A stretch of DNA of 64,000 nt from Klebsormidium nitens (Eukaryota; Plantae; Klebsormidiophyceae), in contig DF237312.1 in NCBI GenBank assembly GCA_000708835.1, positions 34,680-98,679 of the forward strand, written 5' to 3'. Below are positions 47,216-58,400 of this stretch, piece after piece; position 1 is the stretch's first letter, and each line of letters starts with the position of its first letter. The notes beneath the pieces are model-generated. The model made no database searches, was not told where the DNA came from, and saw nothing but the letters and a program-made list of their open reading frames with translations. Made by a program: the position numbers and the translations under genes.

Positions 47216-50200
47216 TTCCGCCGGCTCCGCCGACTCGGATTCGGCCTGCCGGACTTCTGCCTCTCAAGCTTCGAAGCGGGAGCAAACTCCCGAACCAATA
47301 ACTGGCACCCGCAGCCTGTCTGCTGGTCGCCACTTCTTGCAATCTGGGGCCAGCCTCGGTTGGATTCCACAAGGATGGGCCTGCAAAACGTGTGGGTTCC
47401 CACCACGCAGGAACAAGAGCGGGCCGGAATATCGTAACAAGAGCGAACGGAGAATTCAGTCGCTGTCATTGCTTCGGCGACAAGCCCGCTGGAACAGCTT
47501 CGCCAGGGACCCTGTCAGCCCCCCAGCACGCGCACGCGCCGCGGCATGCTCCGGAACCCTTAAACCTCCCGCGTCGCCCGCCCCCGACGTCATCGACCGT
47601 GTCCCTCCGGCCCTGAGTCCGAAGCGCCCGCTAAAGGAAAATACCAGAACCGCGGGGTTGATGTCGTCAGCAGATCCGACCTTGAAGGGTGGGTGACGCT
47701 TGGAAGCGAGAATGGCGGGGGCCACTGCACGACCGGCGCTTCGCACGTAAAGTGTAGCTCCCATAGAGGCGGGATGGGTCATGCCTTGCCATAAATGCAG
47801 AGAGCAGCCAGAGTCTTTTGCGGTGCCCAAGGAGCCTGATCAGACCGCAGGTGACACGTGGCGCCACGGGATTGGGTGGTGGGTAGGGGAAGCTGGTGCT
47901 GGAGTGGGAAGCACCAGCCGGTGCGCATTTGGGAGACGTACGTCAGCGGAAAGTCCAGCTTCCGACGAGGTACTGAAGCGAATTGAGAAAGTTTTTTGGT
48001 TCATAAGCCTTTGTAGAGTGGCGCGCGGAGTTCAACAATGTTGTTTATTGTTAGCAGTTCTTTGCAAGAACGAACAAAGGGACTCGCGGTGGAGAGTGAG
48101 GTCTCAAAGGGCCTCCATTTATCTTTCGCGACAAATCTCTCGTGACGAGAATCAGAAAAGAGGCCTCTCGCTAAGTTTCCGAGTACTGACATGCACGCGT
48201 TGTCGAAGGTACTCACGACCAGTTGTCCTGAAGAATGCATGACTGCCTTCCTGATAATCGTGTTTGCTTCATTTAGCAGGCCGACACAAACGATCGAAGC
48301 TGGACTGAAGTGACACCGCGAGAGAACAAGGCCCGCCACGCGAGCGGTCGCGGGCCAGTATAGATCAGCCCCCGTAGTTACGTAAGCTGTCTAGCATGAA
48401 GTTGCTTGATGTAGGAACAGGTTGTTATTTGTGTCGGTTGCGCAAGAACCGGCTTCGAGCTGCTGAGACGACGGAAAACGTCATCAAGAACTGGCTGCAG
48501 AAGGGGAAGAAAGTGGCGCTTTTATAGTGGCACTTTAAAGGCGCGGCCGGGCCGTCCCACACGTGTGCCAGAGCTTGAATCTTTCACAGCAACAGGAAGG
48601 TGGACGCAGCAGAAACGGGCCAATCTAAAGTGCGCTAGAGTCAAAAGGACTTTGGGAGAGCTTTGGAAAAATCTGGGAGAGCTTGTGACTTGACCCTTTC
48701 TGATTGGTCTGTTCGGCTGCTGTCAAGTACAAAGTTATACTTGCCTCAGACTTTGCGCTTAACACCTGCAAGGGAGTAATTCAGTCAAGGAAGGGGTCAC
48801 ACCTTTTCACCAAACTTACCGTGCTGAAAGAACTTGCTGCTTGGCAACGATTGCAAATACTTCGACCTCGTAGTCAGGCCTGGGAGAAACGTGATCCAAA
48901 CGGTCTTGCATCCAAAAAATATCATCGATGTGAAGCTCGACAACGACGACATCCGCTGCTCAGCTTCCAAATTGATTTGCACGGGTAGGTGCAGACTCGA
49001 ACCGTCCCTCGTCCAAGAAGATGCTCTCTATCGCAGGTGTTGCCCAGCTGCCTTCACCCCATATTCAGCACTACGCCGCACGCCCTGCGCTCTGCTCCAA
49101 TCCAACTTCGGCGCCGCGGCCGCGGTTTCCACCCCTCAAACAGACGCAAACAACGCACACGCGCGCCCCCATCCTCCCCTAAACCGTCAAAAACCCATGC
49201 GAAGTACAGCGAACACCGGCAGGCAGCATGTACCGGTTCTTTTCAAAGGGAGCGGCACTTCAGGCCCTTCCACTTCCGCACCGACATCGGAACACCCCTG
49301 GTTGGACGCTCGTTCTTGCTCTCCGTTGCTGCTAACTTAGCTCCTGGGCCAAGGAGACGGCCATACTACCGGACCGCTACCCGACGTGAGCATTTCAGAC
49401 CAAGAGGCTGGCCCTAAGTGAATTGGGGTCCAACGGAAATCTACTCGAAAGGGGCCGCGCCCCCGCTCCCAGCAGTGCGGACCGTCCTCGGACGGGCCTC
49501 CAACAGCCCCCGTTGGATATACAGTTCCTGGCGGATGTCACGTGTTGGAGGACGAGCGCACGAGCCGCAGCCACGTGGAGCGCAATACTTCTCGGACGTC
49601 GAGGGAGCGGCCGGTAGGGACCGCATCGCAGTGGAGCTGCTTTTCTGTGTTGCGGACGCCCGAGTTCCTTTAAACGCGAGGCTGTGGCGGCGGCCGCCGT
49701 TCCTTCGCCGCACCCTCCGGACGCCCCTGTATAAGACCCCGGCCTAACTCAGAAGCTCCCGAGCCTCCGGTGACCGGTGCACCGCGGGCCTGGGCATCGC
49801 CGGGCCCAAATTGGAGCCCAGCGCATGAGCCGGAGAGCTGTTTCCCATGCGAGGACAAACGGAAAAGCAACCACAGGGTCGCAAGAATTCAATGAGGGTC
49901 GACACGAGGGGTGGGAGAAGCCGCAAACGGCTCGGGCCCGGCTCGGGGTTAGGGCGGCAGACGGAAGAGGAAGCGGACCGGACGGACACTACCCCGACCG
50001 AAAGCCGACCCAGGCTGCGAACTAATTGCTGTGCCTTGACTGCACCAGGCCTACGTGCAGTAGGAGAATGGAAGCGTGCTGAAGCTGTGTGACAGTTTGA
50101 TCAGATGCCGATGATGCCCAAACAGGATGAGCAAACTCATGCCAGCTCGTGCAATATTGCTCGATCCGTTGTAAAGTATTAGTCGTATATTTGTTTAGGA

Positions 50201-52428
50201 TGAAGGAACCGTAGGCAGCACGGCAGCCTGGCAGTCTCAGACCCCTCTCAGATGCTCTTCCTACCTGCAGAATACTTGACAACATGCACGATGTCCGGTA
50301 GCTGCTGTAACATGCCATGATGCACCCACATACCACACAAGTCGGATGATGCTTTGTATCACCGCTTGGCTGGATGTAATGAATCTCACTGGCAAGTAAA
50401 TATGCGGTGACGGCTTACTGACTTAAGATATGCCATTTATCCGGAAATCACGCCAGGCCGCGCCCGAAGACCCATACAATTCGAATCCGGCTGGTTCTTG
50501 GCAATCTGAGCACCGGGCGGTTATTAGTAAGTAGCATGCACTGATGCACGATCCTCACTTGGATGATTGGACATGTGCATAATGTATCTCCGCCTTTGCC
50601 GTTACATTGATCTTACTTCACAATGAACCCCATCAATTAAAAAGCATAAGTGTTTCAGTGGCCGCGTTTTGCTGCGCGGACCTGTTGCGCCCCGCCCGGC
50701 CGGACAATTGACACCACTACAATAAACGAATTGAGGATTGAAACCGGTTCGATTTGCAGCTTAATCTGCCCCAGTGCGCATGGCCTTTGTACTCGATGCA
50801 ATCATTATGGATTTTTCCGGTTCAAACCATTCTATTCGCGTAGTACAACCTGATTAGCTGTGCGGGACCAAATGCCAGGCAAGCGCGTGCAATTAATGAT
50901 CCAAACTTAGTGCAGCAATTCTCCGTGATCGGCACCAAACATCAACGTACGCATACAATCCTACACAACTGGGAGGGGCGGCGGTCGACGATTGACGTCT
51001 TGTTCCTAGTGTTCAGATTAGAAACAAGAGAGTACGTTGAGCTGGAGAGTGATTGTTAGATAAACATACAATCGTCAAACAATGAACTAAAGATGTTGCT
51101 TCGTAAAGTCGCGTTTATCAACGTGATCCTGACGATAGTCCATGCAATAATTATGTGCTATATTACGTTAAAACCAGGCTAAAAGGTATATCGATGAGAT
51201 CTCGATTCGGGCAAACAAAGATGCCAATACGGCCCACTTCTACACAGTTTTGTCACTTGATGGATATTTCCGTAGTACTTACGTGCAAGTAGTAAGACCT
51301 AATGATAAACGAACCAGACCGGACCAAAGGGAGCGCGTAAAGGCGCCGTGTCAAGTTGCTCCATAATAATGAACAGTCGTCAGACTAAACACACGTTCTA
51401 AAGTCCGCTCGGAACTTTACATATGTGGTAGCACAATACTTGGGTCAGGGTCCACAAGTTGGAGCCGGTCCCACCATTGATCGAAGCCGTCCCAGCCAGC
51501 GGTCCAGCCACCGTCCTCCAACAGAGCCCTTTGCTGCGAAAAAAACAAAGCTTTTCAATTCAGCTGTTACTAAGTCAGCACAAGGAGTTTTTGCAAAGAA
51601 CGACCATCCGGCGAGCTGCGTCTTGGATTTCAACCCTAGAGCCAAGGCGCATATATTGGTGTCAAAGCCGTTTTGCCAGCGGCCGAAGGGCATCTTCGTT
51701 TCCGTCTCCTGATCTCCAGCCGGTCTCGCAGCAAACATGACTTCCGATTGAGATGCCAACTATCTGACGCTGACGTGCTTACGTGCACTCAACATTGTCT
51801 GGTTGTTTCGGCCGGACCGTTGAAGAAGATGACAAAACTGTGAGTTCACACTCGCATCCCATGGTCGGTTGGTAGGTTCTTGAAACCAGACCTAAATCAG
51901 CTTCTGTCGCGCAGACCTTCGAAGCCGACACCAAGCCCAGCCTAGACCAGCCTTGTAAACGGTCAGACTGGCCAAATTGTAAGCCGCACCAAAAGAAGGT
52001 TCCAAGACGATGCAAAAAAGGCAAAAGCGCTTCTTGTCAGGCAGACTCTCGCCTCAAGTTGCAAGTCGCGCTGCCAGCGTGATAAAGCCCAAAGATCGGA
52101 ATCAAAGCTTGACAGGGTCCCGCTGGAAGCCAGAAATTACCAGTCGCCGCCCTGGTTTTCCACCCGAGGCGAGGGGGCTGCCCCCTACCTTCATAAGCAG
52201 GCCCCCCAGCCCACTCATGCACGCAACACGTGTGGCGTTGCAGCAGACCAACGTTTGAAAAGGGACTGCGCACGCGCTCTTCTCCGGGCTTCATAAGTTG
52301 GCCACTGCTTTCAATCCAAAACCCGCGTATCGGCTCAAAGGTCGCAGTATTAAAAAGGCCTTCTTTCGACCACACACTTGAATCCCGCGACACGCTCTCA
52401 CCTTTGGTTGAAGCACTTGACGACGGCG

Positions 52429-55400
52429 CTAGCACGCCGCCTTGCACATTCCATCGTTGCAACACGTTCTCCGGTTGGCCGGGCAGCTGAGTCCGTTGAA
52501 GTCGTAGCAGTTGGGGCACACCTGCTTCCCGGTGCTGTCGATTGGCTTGTTCATGCACTTCCCTGCGTTTCACACAGTTGAAACCTCGGGTTAAGCAAGG
52601 CAAGTCATCAACTGTCAAAACCAATTCCGCCAAGCGACAAACTCTTGTGGTTCTGCACCACTTTACACGGTCAGATCACTCTGCGTACAACCGATTCGCC
52701 CAGTCATCTCCCAAGGTTGCATATCATTGAGTCTGTCAATATCAGAACGCCTACCCTGCACACAGAACTTGCCGCTTCGAAACGTGGGAGAATCCAAATC
52801 GCGATATGGTTCGAGCGTGTTTGGGATCTTCGGCAAGTATGTAAATGTCAGGCAATCAACCGGGACGGCATTGGGTACTGCGGCCGAAAGTCGGCAAGTT
52901 TCAGGGCTCCAGCATCTACTGGTTGGACCCACACTTTAGAACAAGGCCATTTCACTTACCAGTATTGCCGCTGTAGTCCTCAGTGCAGCAAAACCCTCTC
53001 GGGCAGTCGCCGGAACCGAGGCAACTGCAGCTGAGGTCGTCTGCCGCGCATTCTCCGTATGGGCAACACACGCTCTTGTTAGCGGGGCAGCTCGCGCCAT
53101 TGAAGTCGGTACAGTACGGGCACACTTGGGTGCCGTTGGCGAGGACGGGTGTGTCCGTGCAGACGCCTGCGTCAGCAGCTAGGCTCGTGAGTCTTTCAAG
53201 GTACATCACTCCTAGGTGAAGGTGCGCAGTCAACCGAGTGACCTTCTCGGATTCGATGTGGGCCTGGAAACGCTAGTCTAACGGCAGCCTTGGTCTTGGA
53301 TCACAATTGAAAACGTAACGCCAATCGGATCAGCTTTTGATGCTTCATAAATCGAATCATCCTGGAAAAGGGCCGGTCAGAGATAGTAAAGATTGAGAAC
53401 GGGTTCCCGGATCGTGACACTTGCGCAACCGGGCACCGGGCCATCGAATCGTACGATCCCCTTGTCCCAACACAACAACAGTCCTGGCACGTCTTCAGTG
53501 GAGGCGCTCCAATAGCACGTGGCCAAAGTGAAAGCTGTTCCGTAGCCAGTACGACTGGCGTTCATTGGGGAAGTACTTGGACTCACCTCCTTGCAGCGTC
53601 GTCTCGTACTCGTGGGTGCAGCAGTAGCTGTACGGGCAATCACCGGGGCCGCGACACGGACAGGAGGCTTCAGATGCGGCGCACTGACCCAATGGGCAGC
53701 ACGTCCCTTTGCTGGCGGGGCAGCTCAGCCCGTACCAATAATTGCAGTTCGGACACACCTGCTTGCCGCTGCTGTTGATGGGGGCGTTCGTGCATTTCCC
53801 TGCAAGGACACGCGTTCTTTTGTAGCATGTTGGCTTACGACAACAATGATGAAGTAAGGGAAGCCCAATGGGACAATCGTTGATGGAGTGACTAGACACC
53901 CACCCAAGCGGAAAAAAAGCAGACCTACATCGATTGACGACCTTCAAGGCACTAAGATAGAGAAGCTTGGGTGTGGGTGACTGGCAATCATTGTCGGTGC
54001 GATTAACAGGAAATTTGAATCTCCTCAAGCATCCGTGCCGTCGTAGCACCCATTCAAAGCTCTTCGGCAAATTGGAGAACAATCATGTTTGAGAGCGATA
54101 AAAGCTTCCAGCGTTGCATGGAATACTGAGCAAACCATTCTAACTTCAGGTCCCAACCGTTGGTAACGGCGCTGAGATCCGCGGGAGTACGCTAGAAAGT
54201 TTTCACAAAGGAAAATTCTTGCCGACCAGAGGCAACTTGGCCGCCGAGTCATTGAGTCGATGGCGCATATCAGTGAGAAAGCAATCCCCACTATCAAAGT
54301 CGAAACGGACCGGAATCAATAATCACCTGTGGTGCCGGAACCCTCTTCCGTGCAGCAGTAACCGGAGGGGCATTGGCCGGAATCCTGACATGTGCAGGCA
54401 GCGTTGCTTGCGGCGCAAAGCCCATTTGGGCAGCATGTCCTCTTGCCGGCCGGGCAGCTGCCGCCGTTCAGACTGTTACAATTCGGGCAGACCTGTGTGC
54501 CGTTTGCAAGGACCGGCGAGCTGAAACAGGAACCTGCCAGCGGCACAAGATGTCAATGAAGCCATGGCTGGTTCTCGTTGGTTCGGAAGAAGCTTTTGCC
54601 AGCTTGTTTTTGCCACACTTTTGCCAGCTACTTTGAAGAACTTCCAAGATAGAAGCAGTCATAGTGGCCGCGGAGTGTGAGAACGGGACCCTCGAGTCTT
54701 GGATTTTGCGCAACCGGACAACGACCATTATAACCCCTACTCCAACGCAAATCCCGGCATGTCATTCGTGGAGGCGGCCCTAGAGCTGGCTGACAAACTC
54801 AAACTTAGAGAGCTGTCCCTTGTGAAAAACGTGAAAGTACGTTCCGCGTTCGTCAGAATTATAAGTCGGGCTCATACTCACCTTGCACGAAATCCCCGGT
54901 GGACGTGTACTCGTACTCGCGGCTACAGCAGTAGTTGGGGGGGCAAGAATCGGATGCTTTACACGGGCACGAAGCTTCCGACGCGGCACACTGCCCCGAA
55001 TACGCGCAGCACGTTGCTTTGCTGGCGGGGCAGCTCACCGTATACCAATAGTTGCAGTCCGGACACACCTGCTTGCCACTGCTGTTGATGGGGGCGTTCG
55101 TGCATTTGCCTGCAAGGACATGTCTCTTGAGACAATGTTGGCTGGGAAATTTCAAGAGTCTAAACTGACACCTTGAAGGCAATTGATTCTAGACAGGGTT
55201 AAAATGACGATCCCTGATCGTTGGTGCAATCGAAGTGAGTTCTGCAACTTGGCGCGCGCTTTATTGCCGTCGTACACCATCTGCCGCTTTCGAAAGTCGC
55301 CGAGCTAGGACGGCGAATTGGACGACAACTTGCTTAAGAAGTATTGAAGCTTCCAGAGGATCATGGGATGCCGGGCAGACCTTTCTAGATTCGTATATTG

Positions 55401-58400
55401 CATTAGGGTTGAGTCTTAGCCGTTCAGGATAGGCACTGGGATCCACGGGGGTACAACGTTGTGTAGAAAGGAACATCCGATCCGCAGCCCGGCCGCCACG
55501 TGAACAAATCGATGGTTCGTATTACTGAACAGCCGACCAACGTTTCTCAATCAAAGTCAGCAATTTACAAAGATCACCTGTGTTGCCGGAGCTTTCTTCC
55601 GTGCAGCAGTAACCCTCCGGGCAGTCATATGAACCCTGGCAGGTGCAGCCGGCATAATTTGCGGCGCAGAGCCCGTTTGGGCAGCACGACTTCCTGTTGG
55701 CCGGGCACTTGAGGCCGTTCAAGTTATAGCAGTTCGGGCAGATTTGTGTGCCATTTGGAAGGATCGGCGAGTTGTAACAAGTACCTGCAAGCGCGTCGCT
55801 TAGAAATCAGATATCCATCAGACAAGTTGCCGGTTCTCGTCGCTTTGCTTTGTTCGTCAAAGGTATGAGGCAAAGGCAATTGTCACAAAGTTTTGGGCGG
55901 CAGAACGACAAAGAGCGAGCGGTCACAGGCGAAACAAATTTGAGTGGATTGAAACTTGGATGAAGGAACGACGTCGAGGGGTCGTTGGTTAGAGAGTGCG
56001 AGATATGGTAGCGGCTCAAGGTTCAAATTCAAAGGGATTGATTATGACGAGATTTTGAAGCGCGTCATGCATGTCCAAATACATCCGAAAAGAGAATGGC
56101 ACTAAATCTAGCTACACTACCTCCTGAAGAAACAAACATCATTCGCATCAGCATGTCCTTTGACTGCTCTAGCAGTCGAAGGGAACTTGTGTTTGAGTAA
56201 GAAGTCTACTTTTGGGAAAAGCACTTTTGCCAGCTACTTTGGAGACTTTCGAGATAGAAGCAATCTTAGAAACAGTCATAAAGGCCGTAGAGTGTGAGAA
56301 CGGGACCCTTGAGTCTCAGTTTTGCGCCACCAGACAATGGATTATAAAAGCCCCTACTCCAAATCGTAAAATTGCAACCCCGGCATGTCTTACGTGGAGG
56401 CGCTCCAATAGCTGGCCGCCAAACTTACAGAGCTGTTCCCTGCTAAAAACGTGGAGTACGTTCTGCGTTCGTCGGGATTACATTTCGGAGTTACTCACCC
56501 TGCACGAACTCGCCCTCTGGGGAATATTCGTACTGGCGGCTGCAGCAATTGTTGGGCGGGCAATATCCTTCGCCAATACATGGGCAAGAGCTTGCCGACA
56601 CAGCGCACTCCCCCGATGGGCAGCACGTCCCTTTGCTGGCAGGGCAGCTGAGCCCATTCCAATCATTGCATTGAGGACACACCTGCTTGCCACTGCTGTT
56701 GATGGGGGCGTTCGTGCACCTCCCTGCAAGGTCGCGCGGCTTTAAGAAACATGTTGGACTGGAACAATAAGAGGATGGTCACATCAGAAAGTTCAGATGA
56801 GAAACTTAGCCAGGTACGATTATGAACGTGATGAGTGACTAACCATCACCCCAAAATAGAAAGCTGACACATATCAAACATCAGCTGGAAGCCCTTGAGG
56901 TGGAAAATAGTGTCCTAGCGCCGGAAGGCCGGGCCTTGAGGAAGACTGAGCATATTAGGGCTGCGACAACCATGATCAAATCTGTAGCTCTAGACAGATG
57001 GAACCAGCAAGACGCCTAATTGACGTCTGATCATATGTGACCATTCTATCGTGAGGTTTTGTGAGAGGCATCCAAGAATTAGCAGTACGATGACGCACAA
57101 CCCTACATTTGCAAAACAAGGACGGCCTCGATCTGAACTCCAGAGTGACGATCTACAAAAAAGGTCGCGACAGTCGACGTTCAGCCCTGTTCGAGGGCGT
57201 CGGCTTTGCATTTGTAGGCCGCACCGAGATTGCCACGATAGGAATCCAAGGTGTACTAAGGAGCAAACCAATCGTTTGCGTCCTAGCCACCACCTCATCA
57301 AGTTTATGGCTGACCAGTCAGAATCCGGTCTTCATTCGGGCTTTCAGACGAAGGGCGACGAGACGACTCGCCTGTTTTGCCGGAACTTTCTTCCGTGCAG
57401 CAGTAGCCGGAGGGGCACTGGCCGGAGGTGGTGCAAGTGCAGCCAGCATTCGTTGGCGCGCACAACCCGTTTGGGCAGCACACCTTCTTGTTGGCTGGGC
57501 AACTGAGATCGTTGAAGTAGTTGCAATTCGCGCACTCCTGGGTGCCGTTGCTGAAGAAGGTCGTGCTTGAACAGTGTCCTAGACAAGGGAGTGAAAACAC
57601 GTTGATCAACCAAGCGCCGTGAGCAAGCAAGAGCTGGGACGGCAGCCCTAGAGTGCCGGCTTCCATGCGTTCGAGGTAGGCCAGCCCTGTTTGCAAACGA
57701 GAAGGGACAAGCGGATAAACTCGGACGGAAAACGAGTGCCGAAAGTGTCCTAAGCAAGGGGATCACATCCGAAACAGCGCTGTGAGCATCCAAAGAAGTA
57801 GGGAGCAGTGCTGATTCACATGCGGAGACAATACTGCTTCCAAAGCGAAGGAAAAGAGGTGAGACACAGATCGGCTCCGCTGGAAATCGAGTAGAGCAGC
57901 AAGTGGCACAACTCCAGAAAAAAGGGTCAAAAAAATCTGCCCCACAACTTACGTACGACCCTTCAATGAGACCTCGTTGGAATCCGGAAAACTGCTCACC
58001 AACGTTATCCTCGAAGAAGGCGGTGCAGCAATATTCTGGCGGGCAATCCCCAGAGTAGACACAGGCGCAGTCGCTAGCCGATGCTTTGCACTGTCCGTCG
58101 AAGCAGCAGAAACCCAATTCAGGAGGGCAGGTCGGCCCATTGAAGTCGTTGCAATAGCGGCAGACTTGGGTTCCATTGGACAGTACTGGCACATTCGTGC
58201 AGACGCCTGGATAGGTGCGGGAACAGTTCGGTGACAGAAGACCTTTGACGAGGCAAAGTTGACACGTCATTGAGGAGTCAGAGAAGCTTGGCGGTTTCTC
58301 TGGTGTCTCTTTCCGGGTGTTCGTCGGTTCAACGAACGGTAGGAGAGGTTGAGGAGACCGGAGCAATAACAAGAGTGAGCTATGATTCCTTTTGGCGAAG

